From positions 2,496,001 through 2,560,000 of the forward strand of contig OY776562.1 of NCBI GenBank assembly GCA_963675785.1: a DNA stretch of 64,000 nucleotides, given 5' to 3'. How positions within the stretch are numbered: the first letter of the stretch is position 1; every line of letters starts with the position of its first letter. Below, one piece after another: positions 49,255-58,873 of the stretch. Source of the stretch: Anaerolineae bacterium. Its GTDB lineage: Bacteria > Chloroflexota > Anaerolineae > UBA1429. A program made the translations under genes and the position numbers. Under the pieces are notes generated by a model. The model was not told where the DNA came from. It worked only from the letters and a program-made list of their open reading frames with translations, and made no database searches.

Positions 49255-50175
49255 ATGCCCCGACTGTATACAACCCTTGGGCCTCTTGAAGCTGATAAGG
49301 TAGGCATGATCCTACCTCACGAGCATATCTTTGTCGATCTGCGAACGCCCGACATACCAGAGCAAGGTCAGGCTGATATCGCCGATGTGCAGCGCTTGAT
49401 GGCGCCACAAGTTCGCCTGGCACGTGCCGCCGGTGTTTCGGCGCTCGTTGATAGCGGCCCAGTTGGCGTTGGCCGCCGCTCCGATGCTATCCTCGCCGTC
49501 TCACAACTCACTGCGTTCCCCATCCTCATCCCCACAGGTGTCTATCGAGAACCCTGGATCCCCGATTGGATCAAGTCGGCTCCTGTTGAGGAACTCGAGA
49601 TGTGGATGACTAGTGAACTGGAGGAACAGATCGAGGATACGGGCGTCAAGGCAGGCTGGATCAAGCTCAGTGCAGGCGACGATGGACTGACGCCCACAGA
49701 GATCAAAATCCTGCGAGCAGCCGCCCGAGCCGGAAAGCATACTGGCGCAGTCATTGGCAGCCATACCATACGGGGCCGAGTTGCAAACGATCAGCTCGAT
49801 ATCATCGAGCAAGAAGGTTACAGCCCCGAGCGCTTTATCTGGATTCACGCTCACAACGAGGGCAATCTCGACCTTGTGGAAAAGATCGCCCGCCGTGGAA
49901 CATGGATCGAGTATGACGCTATTGGTAGTGCTGGCAAAACCGATGCCTTTTTCCTGGAACGAATCAGGCACCTGCTCGATGCAAACCTGGGACGCCAGGT
50001 ACTTCTCAGCCACGATCGCGGCTGGTACGACCCCGCTAAACCCGGCGGAGGCATTCCCCGGCCCTTTACCTACATCAATCAGGTATTCCTGCCCTACATA
50101 CAGCGTGAAGGCATTCATCAAGAGACCATTCGAATGTTAACAGAGAGCAATCCCTTTAGGGCATTTGCTCGTTAA
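49255..50175 (+). CDS. Phosphotriesterase-family amidohydrolase
   Basis: TTLGP, PHEHIF, GWIK, SHT, IH, LLSHD.G, NP. Confidence 0.9.
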   Translation: MPRLYTTLGPLEADKVGMILPHEHIFVDLRTPDIPEQGQADIADVQRLMAPQVRLARAAGVSALVDSGPVGVGRRSDAILAVSQLTAFPILIPTGVYREPWIPDWIKSAPVEELEMWMTSELEEQIEDTGVKAGWIKLSAGDDGLTPTEIKILRAAARAGKHTGAVIGSHTIRGRVANDQLDIIEQEGYSPERFIWIHAHNEGNLDLVEKIARRGTWIEYDAIGSAGKTDAFFLERIRHLLDANLGRQVLLSHDRGWYDPAKPGGGIPRPFTYINQVFLPYIQREGIHQETIRMLTESNPFRAFAR

Positions 50176-50183
50176 GACAAGTT

Positions 50184-50208
50184 GCGGGGCAGGCATAACC
50201 TGCCCCGC
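50184..50208. terminator. Hairpin between convergent genes
   Basis: GCGGGGCAGG-CATAA-CCTGCCCCGC. Confidence 0.65.
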
Positions 50209-50215
50209 CTGGCGA

Positions 50216-51601
50216 TCACCAGTTATCAGGATAGCGATAGTGATCCTTGATAGCCTCAACGTAGGCCATCGGTTTGGAAGGATCCGTCTCAGCCAGTTTG
50301 AACATGGCATCGATCAGTTCGACAGCCTGATCGTACGACTGTGTTTGATGGCTCTCCAACACACCGTAAAGCAGCAGCGATTTGTCGCCTGTCAGTAGTG
50401 CCTCGATCGCTACTTCATTCTGCAGCCAGTTCGGATAAATCTGGCAAAGCATGATCTTTTGTGGCAACGGCTGAACACGTATTGGCTGAATCCCCTTGAT
50501 ATTGACAACAGCCGGCACTTCGACAGCCACATCATCCGGCAGGCCGGGGAGCGCGCCATAGTTGGGTACGTTCACCTGGAACTGTCCCTCATGATCGTTT
50601 ACCAGAGCATCGATGATGGGCACATGCTGCTCTGCGCTTCTCTCCGTGCCAAACAGATCGGAAGGACGCACGTCCTTATCGAACGCCGCCCGAATCATCT
50701 CGTTGTACTTGATCTCTTTGCCAGCGATGACTCGATCGCGTCCACCAGGGGTATCGCCGCCACCATCCGGTCCACCGTACCAACGACGGTTAGACTCGGT
50801 ATCATTGTGATACCACCAACCACCACTGCGTGGGGTATCGCCAATGGGCATCAGGCCATACATCTTGTACTGATGAATGGCCGCACGCGACATCTGGTAG
50901 CCATAGCCCTCGGTGTCATTCTCATGCTCGGCCCAAAAAGCCTCGGCCTCGTTCTTGATCCACTCGTCAACGCGAGGATAAAGATCCTGGCCCTTGTAGT
51001 AGAAATCGGTTAGCCAGATATTGTGGTTGAGGCCTGGCGCCTGCCAGGTAATGTTGTCCACATCCTCAATGCCGATAGTCTTAGCGACCCGCTTGTAGCC
51101 ATAATGCCCATGGCAAAGGCCCACCATTTTGATATCTGTCTCACGCGTAACCAGGGTGGTACCCGCAGAAACGGGGTTGCCCGCCTGAATCAGCCAGGCA
51201 TCGGGGCAAAGATCTTCCATATCCCGAGCGACATCAAGCATGAGCTGCAGGTTCCAGTAGGTAGGCATGCCGGTACGGCCATAGAAATAGCCCATAGAAT
51301 CAGCGAGGTCACGAGCTCGCTTGTTATAGTACTCGTCATTGACGGTGGCCGAGCTGACGACAAAATCGGCATCTTTGAAGGCGATACGCCTGTCGGTTGT
51401 CTTTTCGAACTTGAGGCTGGCGCCTACATCCTCTGCATAGCGCGTGGCCATGTGGAAAATCGTATCCAGGCGCTCTTCATTGATATCGGTAAAGCAGATT
51501 GTACTACCAGCCAGGCTCTGGGTCAGACAAACATCTTTGACCAAAGCCAGCGAAAACACCACACTTCCCGCACCGAATATTGTGATCTTGACTGAAGACA
51601 C
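50216..51601 (-). CDS. GH4 alpha-glucosidase/alpha-glucuronidase-like (paralog of 47793..49172)
   Basis: Same motifs including GLCHGH; GTG start with GGAGG SD. Confidence 0.88.
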   Translation of the reverse strand: MSSVKITIFGAGSVVFSLALVKDVCLTQSLAGSTICFTDINEERLDTIFHMATRYAEDVGASLKFEKTTDRRIAFKDADFVVSSATVNDEYYNKRARDLADSMGYFYGRTGMPTYWNLQLMLDVARDMEDLCPDAWLIQAGNPVSAGTTLVTRETDIKMVGLCHGHYGYKRVAKTIGIEDVDNITWQAPGLNHNIWLTDFYYKGQDLYPRVDEWIKNEAEAFWAEHENDTEGYGYQMSRAAIHQYKMYGLMPIGDTPRSGGWWYHNDTESNRRWYGGPDGGGDTPGGRDRVIAGKEIKYNEMIRAAFDKDVRPSDLFGTERSAEQHVPIIDALVNDHEGQFQVNVPNYGALPGLPDDVAVEVPAVVNIKGIQPIRVQPLPQKIMLCQIYPNWLQNEVAIEALLTGDKSLLLYGVLESHQTQSYDQAVELIDAMFKLAETDPSKPMAYVEAIKDHYRYPDNW

Positions 51602-51847
51602 GGTTAAACCTCCTTGTTAGCCGGAGTTCTCGTTCGTCCAGCGCGTCGTCCCTGGGATTAACATCCATTCCGAACGGCCATTCCCAGAGGCATCCCTGCT
51701 TGATAGCCATTCAGGCTTGTAGATTTCGTCTATAACAGAATCCCCCTGCAACAATCCCCTTTCAATATCCAACCATGGCATCTTAGAGCACTCTGCTAAT
51801 AGAAGGCAAGCGAGAGAACGCTCTTTTTCTCATTTTTACGCAACGAG

Positions 51848-51995
51848 TTTTCGACAACCTGTGGATAACTCGAGGGCTATTTGTGGATAAGGTGGCGTTT
51901 TCCACATCAACCTGTGGATAACTCTGGGACAAAGTGCCTTGAGATGTTGATATGTACGGGGTTTGTGCACAACTCGATCCAGCCATTGGGGATAA
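51848..51995. promoter_or_regulatory. DnaA-box cluster (oriC candidate or DnaA titration site)
   Basis: TGTGGATAA at 51860, 51882, 51913; TTTTCCACA at 51898; one-mismatch boxes at 51963/51964 and 51987; degenerate box at 51848. Confidence 0.8.
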
Positions 51996-52040
51996 AGTGT
52001 TATGACAGAGCCCCCACCTACAAGGCAGGGGCTCTTGATC

Positions 52041-52940
52041 TCAGGGCAGTAATTGAAACAAATCGCGATATACCTGATCGCGATGAACATCGGTAGCCAT
52101 GCGCACCAGGTGCCGCCCCGCATCCGCATCCCAGGTGAGATCATCGCGCAAGATGGGCGATGGCATCAACTCAGTGGGTACCCAATCTGGATTGATAATC
52201 CAAGCCACAGTAGAAATGTCCCAAATCACCTTGGAGCGAGCATAGTGGTCATCGGCAAAATCCTCATAGATCTGGTACAAATAATCGCCAATGGCGCCGT
52301 GACCACGAACATAAGCGGCCATCTCAGGCAAGGTAGTGCGTAAATGCTCGGCCACGTTTTTGCAGGGAATCTGCACCAAGGGCACGCCAGAATCGAACAG
52401 CACCTGCGAGGCCGGGATATCCTGCATAAGATTGAATTCTCGCGCCGTAGGCCAATAGGTCGGCTGTCCGCCCAACCAAACCACCACGATCTTTTCACAG
52501 ATAGCCGGTTCCATCAGAATAGCCGAGGCCACGTTGGTGGGCGCCCCGATGGTCAACACGTATAACGGCTCGGTAGCGACCAAAGCCTTTTGAATGAGGT
52601 CGCGTGCAGCCGGGCTATCGACAGGCTCGCCTTTGGCAGGCAAATAGCTCTCCGAACCCTTAAAGGCCATGTCGGTCGGCACACCCAGCATATCCAGGAT
52701 GCGCAGAATCTCGGCATAGCTCTTTTCCATGCCATCACCCGGCCCCGCAGAGCGCTCATTATGAAACGGCGCTGCATAAACCGCTTGTAAATCGATCGCA
52801 TCGGTCAAAAGGGCATAAACCAAGGCAAACTGGTCATCGATCTCATTATAGGTGTCGGTATCGAGCACCGCCTTAACCGGATTCTTCGGCAAGGCCAGCA
52901 GCTCTTGGCGGCGTATGTCGCTATTCAAGAACAATGCCAT
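52041..52940 (-). CDS. Nucleoside hydrolase family protein
   Basis: LDTDTYNEIDDQFAL, TIGAPTN, EFN, IWD. Confidence 0.88.
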   Translation of the reverse strand: MALFLNSDIRRQELLALPKNPVKAVLDTDTYNEIDDQFALVYALLTDAIDLQAVYAAPFHNERSAGPGDGMEKSYAEILRILDMLGVPTDMAFKGSESYLPAKGEPVDSPAARDLIQKALVATEPLYVLTIGAPTNVASAILMEPAICEKIVVVWLGGQPTYWPTAREFNLMQDIPASQVLFDSGVPLVQIPCKNVAEHLRTTLPEMAAYVRGHGAIGDYLYQIYEDFADDHYARSKVIWDISTVAWIINPDWVPTELMPSPILRDDLTWDADAGRHLVRMATDVHRDQVYRDLFQLLP

Positions 52941-52953
52941 GACAATCCCCCGA

Positions 52954-53718
52954 TTACGCCTTGTTCCAGGCCTTGAGATTATTGAGGCTCATACGGGCGC
53001 TTTCGATGCTAGAGCCATTGCAGCGATCCTGCTCGACGATGTACCAATCAGCGTCGGCGGCTTCAGCAGCAGCAAAGATAGGCGCAAAGTCCGTGGTGCC
53101 CTCGCCCACTTCGGCAAAGGTGCGAGCATCGCCCTCACCGGTCATATCTTTGAGGTGCACCAAGGCAATGCGATCCGCATAGCGTTTGATCAGCTCGGCG
53201 GGGTCATAACCGGCATAACGCATCCAGTACACATCAGTCTCAAAGTAAACCAGGTCGGGATCGGTCTCATTCATCAAGATTTCCCAGCCGGTGACGCCAT
53301 CCATCATCTCGAACTCAAAATTGTGGTTGTGATAATAGAGTTGAATCCCTGCTTCGGCATAAGCCTGGCCCCAAACGTTCATCTTTTTGGCGACTTGACG
53401 GAAACCGGCGGGATTACGCAGCTCAGTGGCCATCCATGGCACGCCAACAAAGGGATTACCGATCGCTTGGTTATAACGGATGACGCCTTCGAGGTCCTCT
53501 TCCATGAGCGGTATGGCCACATGGCTACCGGCCGGCTCAAGTCCCGTCTCATCCAACAGCTCGCCCATGGCCTCTGCTGAAAGTCCGCCATATCCAGCAA
53601 ACTCAACGCCCGCATAGCCCATCTCTGCCACTTTGCGTACGGTGCCAACAAAATCTTTTTCCGTCCAATCGCGAACCGTATAGAGCTGCAAGCCAACAGG
53701 AATCTTGTTCATGTCCAT
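52954..53718 (-). CDS. Sugar phosphate isomerase/epimerase (xylose isomerase-like TIM barrel)
   Basis: GLQLYTVR, GYAGVEFAG, YHNHNFEF, ETDVYW, HLKD, IVEQD. Confidence 0.92.
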   Translation of the reverse strand: MDMNKIPVGLQLYTVRDWTEKDFVGTVRKVAEMGYAGVEFAGYGGLSAEAMGELLDETGLEPAGSHVAIPLMEEDLEGVIRYNQAIGNPFVGVPWMATELRNPAGFRQVAKKMNVWGQAYAEAGIQLYYHNHNFEFEMMDGVTGWEILMNETDPDLVYFETDVYWMRYAGYDPAELIKRYADRIALVHLKDMTGEGDARTFAEVGEGTTDFAPIFAAAEAADADWYIVEQDRCNGSSIESARMSLNNLKAWNKA

Positions 53719-53749
53719 CTCCTCATCATAAGCGTGCAAAACGCGCGTA

Positions 53750-55066
53750 TCATACTGTCTCAGCACCTGTATAGCAATCCAGGCCCAATAAAGCGGCGCA
53801 ATAACCGAACGCCCTAGCCCAATCTCCAGGCACAATCACCTGATGGTTGCCCAGTAAATGTTCCACGAAATCGCGCCGTGATGCAAGCCTTACGCGCAAC
53901 TGCGTGCGGCAAGTAGGCTCACTGGCGCCATCCAGCGCCCGCCCAGGGAAAACGCTCAAGGCCGATGAATCGCGACCAAAGCGCACCACCGTCACCTGCT
54001 GCCCCATCCACAGGCCCACCTGTGGGCTCACACCCAGGCCGCTTTCATGATGACTACGCAAACAAAGACACCCGCCGCCATCAGCAGGAGCCACCGGCGC
54101 CGTACAGTGGGCAAAGAGAATAGTATCGTCTCGTCCAATCACCGGATTGGCCATCCATGCCGACTGGCCAGTGAGGGCCTTAGCCAAGGCCAAGGTAACG
54201 GCTGCATCCACGTCCCCCTCACAGGCACCCATGCGATGCGTATAAGCATTGAGTGAGGCCAGCGCCAGACATGCCGTTGAGCTGATATCGCCGATCAGCG
54301 AGAAACAGGCCACCGCCGCGCCGTCAGCATCGTAAAAATCCAGCATTTGCTCAAGGGCCAACTCGATGCAACAGGCCTGCACCACATCCTTTTCATCGGG
54401 CTCAACCACACGTTCAGCGCGTTCAATCCAGTCCTGGGCCCTCAGCAAAGCTTTTTGTGCCTCAACGCGTGTCGCATAATCCTCTAGCACTCGCAATGGC
54501 ACTGTGGTTACGCTCACACCCACCCGTTCGGACAGGCGCCCCAGGTCGCGTTCTGAGCTCTGTACCCAGTTTTCGGGTCCCCCTAGCAACAGCAGGCGCA
54601 ATCTGCGTAGCCGTGCCACCGCTTGCACCGCCAGAGACAACTGCACGAAATCGTTGGCCTGTTCGGCCCAAATGGCCAACTTTTTGCCGCGTTTGAACAG
54701 GCTCCAAACCTCGACTGCTGCTGGCGCGGCGTTGCGAGCCAACGCCAACTGAGAGGCCGAGAGAGAAAGAGGTCCAGGCATATAGGCAGGCAACAGAGCC
54801 ACCGCTTCAAAGCCGCTAGCCGCCTCGATCATCCAGGCCTGCACACCGCCGCTCAGTGGCACCAACAGTGCCGCACCGCCGCCCAAACCCTGCAAATCAT
54901 CTGCCGAGTAAATGAGCGTGGTGGTTACGTCCAGGCCCGCCAACGCTTCTTCAAGCACTTTTTGGACGTGGCCGTAGATGACGGCCAACTCGTCCTTGTC
55001 GGGCCAGTAACGCGGGCTGGCAAAAATCAACACCTTAGCTTGTGTCGTATGCTCCAACGCTCTCAT
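53750..55066 (-). CDS. L-fucose/L-arabinose isomerase-like protein
   Basis: AVACF, ACEGD, AHCT, RSHHESG.GV, CRTQ, GNH. Confidence 0.78.
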   Translation of the reverse strand: MRALEHTTQAKVLIFASPRYWPDKDELAVIYGHVQKVLEEALAGLDVTTTLIYSADDLQGLGGGAALLVPLSGGVQAWMIEAASGFEAVALLPAYMPGPLSLSASQLALARNAAPAAVEVWSLFKRGKKLAIWAEQANDFVQLSLAVQAVARLRRLRLLLLGGPENWVQSSERDLGRLSERVGVSVTTVPLRVLEDYATRVEAQKALLRAQDWIERAERVVEPDEKDVVQACCIELALEQMLDFYDADGAAVACFSLIGDISSTACLALASLNAYTHRMGACEGDVDAAVTLALAKALTGQSAWMANPVIGRDDTILFAHCTAPVAPADGGGCLCLRSHHESGLGVSPQVGLWMGQQVTVVRFGRDSSALSVFPGRALDGASEPTCRTQLRVRLASRRDFVEHLLGNHQVIVPGDWARAFGYCAALLGLDCYTGAETV

Positions 55067-55088
55067 CTCAGGTCCCTGCCACACGGCC

Positions 55089-56093
55089 TCATGGCACCAC
55101 TACCGTTTTGATATGGCCGCCCGGCCCGGATTTCAATAACTCTGGGAGTTCTTCCAAGCTAATATGGTTAGTCATCAGCGGCTCGACCTGAATACGCCCC
55201 TCAGCGAGCAAAGCCAGGGCCCGCGCATGGGTAAAGGGATTGATACGCGCGCCGCGAATCGTCAACTCCTTGCGAAACACTTCGTTGGGCTCGATTTCGA
55301 TGGTATGGCCAGGAGGTGTTACCCCAAACCAGACAATGGTCGCCCCAGGAGCCGCCCAAGCTACGGCCTGGCTGGTGGTCACGCGTGAACCCACCGCTTC
55401 CAGCACCACATCGGCACCACCCTGCAGCGTCCCGCCAACCGCCAAAGGATTCTCGTTGAGCGGATCGATCACCACATCAGCGCCAAGCTCAAGGGCCATT
55501 TGCCGCCGCTCAGCCATGGGATCGCTAACCACCACTGGCGCTGCCCCGGCAAAACGCGCCAACTGGGCCAACATCTGGCCAATGGCGCCGCCACCGATCA
55601 CTGCCACCCGATCGCCCGGCACAATGCCCGCCTGCTGAATACCCCGAACGCAACAAGCCAACGGCTCGGTCATGGCGCCAGCAAAAGTGCTCACGCCCTC
55701 TGGCAGCACATAGCACTGCTTGCGCGGCGCCACGCAATACTCGGCAAAGCCGCCATCCACGTCCACACCTAGGGCACGCAAGTTCTCGCACATGTTGATG
55801 CGACCCCGTTGGCAGGATCGGCAAATGCCGCAAGGCATGTTGGGGTCCACGGCAACGCGGTCACCCGGCACAATGTCGGTCACACCCACGCCCACCTCAA
55901 CGACTATGCCAGCATATTCGTGACCAGGCACCACCGGCGGCACGGTGTCGAATTCACCGTGAAAAATATGGTGGTCGGTGCCGCAAACACCGCAGGCCTC
56001 GATCTTGATCAGCACCTCACCAGCCGATGGCTTGGGCGTCGGACGCTCTTCGCAGCGGATATCGTGCAGCCCATAGAATACGCAGGCTTTCAT
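55089..56093 (-). CDS. Zinc-dependent alcohol/polyol dehydrogenase
   Basis: CGVCGTD, GHE, CGICRSC...C, GGGAIG. Confidence 0.93.
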   Translation of the reverse strand: MKACVFYGLHDIRCEERPTPKPSAGEVLIKIEACGVCGTDHHIFHGEFDTVPPVVPGHEYAGIVVEVGVGVTDIVPGDRVAVDPNMPCGICRSCQRGRINMCENLRALGVDVDGGFAEYCVAPRKQCYVLPEGVSTFAGAMTEPLACCVRGIQQAGIVPGDRVAVIGGGAIGQMLAQLARFAGAAPVVVSDPMAERRQMALELGADVVIDPLNENPLAVGGTLQGGADVVLEAVGSRVTTSQAVAWAAPGATIVWFGVTPPGHTIEIEPNEVFRKELTIRGARINPFTHARALALLAEGRIQVEPLMTNHISLEELPELLKSGPGGHIKTVVVP

Positions 56094-56255
56094 TTTTTAC
56101 CTCTCCATTCATTCTCGCAACGTGCCGCCACTATAGCACCCCTTTTACCAGTCGACCAGCCCGCCAAGCAACTTGAGCAGACCGCGAATTGGTGCTAGAA
56201 TAAGTATGTTGGTGACTCGTCGAGCATCAAACGTTGCAATTGCCTGAACAATATT

Positions 56256-56350
56256 TCGCTTGGATCGTTATACGACCGAGACGATATGAGACAGATGGGG
56301 CCTTGTGCCCAAACGCAGCCTCGTGTCCTCGGTCGACACGGGGTTTTTCT
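56256..56350 (+). promoter_or_regulatory. pan-motif-like RNA leader with alternative terminator/antiterminator
   Basis: Bulged hairpin TCGCTTGGATCGT-TAT-ACGACCGAGACGA (56256-56284); terminator 56317-56348; CGACCGAG (56273-56280) is complementary to CTCGGTCG (56328-56335); lies upstream of pantothenate/CoA genes. Confidence 0.72.
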
Positions 56351-57190
56351 GTGAGTGACTTTATTCGTATCGAAAATCTGCATTATACCTATGGTGCCGA
56401 TACCGACCATGCGGTCGTTGCTCTACGCGGCATCGACCTATCCATCGCCCAGGGCGAATATATCGCCATCATGGGACATAACGGCTCGGGAAAATCCACA
56501 CTGGCCCGCTGCCTGAATGGCCTGCTGACGCCCACCCAGGGCACAGTTTACGTAGATGGGTTGAATACAGCCGATGAACAAGCCCTATTCGATATTCGCC
56601 GCCGGGTGAGCATGGTGATGCAACACCCAGATAACCAGTTCGTCTCCACTGTGGTAGAGCACGAAGTAGCTTTTGGCCCCGAAAACCTGGGCCTGCCGCG
56701 CGTCGAACTCGTTGAGCGCGTCGACCAGGCTCTGGAACAAACCGGCCTGATCAATCTGCGCCACCGCGACCCGCGTACCCTTTCGGCCGGCCAAAAGGCC
56801 CGGTTGGCTATTGCTGATATGCTGGCCATGCGTCCTGAATACCTCGTCCTCGATGAATCGACCATCTTGTTGGATCCGCTCTCGCGTGAATCCATTCACG
56901 AATTGCTGGCTCAGCTCAACGCCCGCTCTATGGGCATCATCCACATCACTCACCAGGTCGAGGAAGCTGCCGCCGCCAAGCGCATGATCGTGCTGCAACA
57001 GGGCCAAGTGCTGGTGGACGATGCGCCCCTGTCAGCCTTTGCCCAAGCCAGTGAACTCGGGTTGGGTATCGGACAACCTGCCCCCATGGCCCTTGCCGAG
57101 AGATTGCGACAGCGCGGCTTGGCCATCGAGCTGGTGCTGACCACGGCCAACCTAATAACAGCGCTGCAACAAGCGGAGGCCTTGCTATGA
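56351..57190 (+). CDS. ECF transporter ATPase (EcfA)
   Basis: GHNGSGKST, QHPDNQ, LSAGQ, LDE; start set to GTG 56351. Confidence 0.9.
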   Translation: MSDFIRIENLHYTYGADTDHAVVALRGIDLSIAQGEYIAIMGHNGSGKSTLARCLNGLLTPTQGTVYVDGLNTADEQALFDIRRRVSMVMQHPDNQFVSTVVEHEVAFGPENLGLPRVELVERVDQALEQTGLINLRHRDPRTLSAGQKARLAIADMLAMRPEYLVLDESTILLDPLSRESIHELLAQLNARSMGIIHITHQVEEAAAAKRMIVLQQGQVLVDDAPLSAFAQASELGLGIGQPAPMALAERLRQRGLAIELVLTTANLITALQQAEALL

Positions 57191-58035
57191 GCCAATCCGC
57201 CATTCAAGTGAGCAATCTGCAGCACATCTACATGCCCGGCACACCAGAGGCCTTTCAAGCACTATACGATGCCTCACTGACGGTGGCCCAGGGCAGCATT
57301 ACCGCCCTAGCCGGCGAAAGCGGCGCGGGCAAATCCACGCTGGCTCTCTATTTATGCGGACTTTTGCGTCCCACCAAGGTCGGACAGGTGCGCATTTTCG
57401 ACCGCGATATGGCCCAAAGCAGCCCGGGGCGTGATGTGGGTCTGGTGTTCCAATATCCCCAGCAACAGCTATTCGAACGTTATGTAGGCGATGATATTGC
57501 CTACGGCCCACGCAAGATGGGTCTCGCTGATACAACCCTCACCGAACGCGTGGGCTGGGCCATGGAGATGGTAGGTCTCGACTTTGAGGCCTTTGTCGAT
57601 CGTGAAACCTTTTCTTTAAGCGGTGGCGAGATGCGGCGTGCAGCGCTGGCCGGCGTACTGGCCATGCAGCCCCACATTCTGGTGCTGGATGAAGCCACTA
57701 CCGGTCTGGATCCCGCTGGGCAGTCGCTTATTCACCGGGTAATGCGCGAGTTGCGCGACAACCTGGGCACCACCGTTTTGCTCATCAGCAATGACATGGA
57801 CGAGATCGCCGAGTTGGCCGACGCCGTGGTGCTCTTGCATCAGGGGCGCACCATCGCCGAGGGTGCACCGCGCGAGGTGCTGGCCGAGGAAACGCGCCTC
57901 AATGCCTGCTCGCTGGTACGACCCACGCCCATGCGCATTCTGGCCGAGGCCGGACGTGCGGGATTTACCGTGAGCCAATCCGCGCTATCGCTCGATGAAG
58001 CCGAGGAAGAGTTATGGCAAGCTTTGCATCGCTAA
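57187..58035 (+). CDS. ECF transporter ATPase (EcfA')
   Basis: YMPGTP, GESGAGKST, FQYP..QLFE, LSGGEMRR. Confidence 0.9.
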   Translation: MSQSAIQVSNLQHIYMPGTPEAFQALYDASLTVAQGSITALAGESGAGKSTLALYLCGLLRPTKVGQVRIFDRDMAQSSPGRDVGLVFQYPQQQLFERYVGDDIAYGPRKMGLADTTLTERVGWAMEMVGLDFEAFVDRETFSLSGGEMRRAALAGVLAMQPHILVLDEATTGLDPAGQSLIHRVMRELRDNLGTTVLLISNDMDEIAELADAVVLLHQGRTIAEGAPREVLAEETRLNACSLVRPTPMRILAEAGRAGFTVSQSALSLDEAEEELWQALHR

Positions 58036-58859
58036 GAAACATAAGCATCGGCCAGTACCACCCCGGCGATACAGTCTTTCACTTGCTGGACGCCCGTGTC
58101 AAGCTATCTGCCTTTATCCTGGCTCTGGTGGTTATTGTCATCGCCTCATCCTACAGCGCTAATATCTTGCTACTGGTGCTCTTCTTGGCGGCCATGTATG
58201 CCGCCCGGCTCTCACCCCGTGAGACCCTTGCCAGCCTGGGGCCGGCACTGCCGCTCATCGCTATGTTTGCCCTATTGCAGCTCTTGTTCTACGGCCAAGG
58301 ACCGGCGGAATCGCGCATCGTCCTCGATTGGGGGCCAGTCATCATCTCCACCGCCGGTATTCAGCTGGTCGTTGTCTCGGTGATGAGGTTGTTCAGTTTA
58401 CTATTCGCCACAGCACTACTCACCAACACCACCACCGTATCGGCGTTGACCCAGGGCATGGAACAACTGCTCTCGCCCCTGTCGCGAATCGGCTTGCCCG
58501 GCCACGAACTAGCCATGGTAGGAGCCATCGCCCTGCGCTTTCTGCCCATCTTGGGAGAACAGATGGCCGTCATCTCGCAGGCGCAAATGCTGCGCGGCGT
58601 GGACGAGGAAAGCGGCGGCCGCTGGCGCATTGTGCAAAATGCACGCCGTCTGGCTACGCTCATCGTGCCCCTCTTTGTCGACGCCTATCGACGTTCGGGA
58701 GAGATGACCGAAGCCATGTTGACTCGCTGTTACCGGGGCGGACGCGGACGCACGCATTTGTATGAACCCAAGCTCTCCTCAAGGGACCTGACTTCGTCTC
58801 TAGTATGTCTGGCGTTTTCCGGGATCGTCATTTGGATCGCTTATTCACCGCTACCCTAA
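58014..58859 (+). CDS. ECF transporter T component
   Basis: IGQY.PG, LDARVK, IALRFLP, AQMLRG, AMLTRCY. Confidence 0.9.
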   Translation: MASFASLRNISIGQYHPGDTVFHLLDARVKLSAFILALVVIVIASSYSANILLLVLFLAAMYAARLSPRETLASLGPALPLIAMFALLQLLFYGQGPAESRIVLDWGPVIISTAGIQLVVVSVMRLFSLLFATALLTNTTTVSALTQGMEQLLSPLSRIGLPGHELAMVGAIALRFLPILGEQMAVISQAQMLRGVDEESGGRWRIVQNARRLATLIVPLFVDAYRRSGEMTEAMLTRCYRGGRGRTHLYEPKLSSRDLTSSLVCLAFSGIVIWIAYSPLP

Positions 58860-58873
58860 AAAAGGGGGAATCC

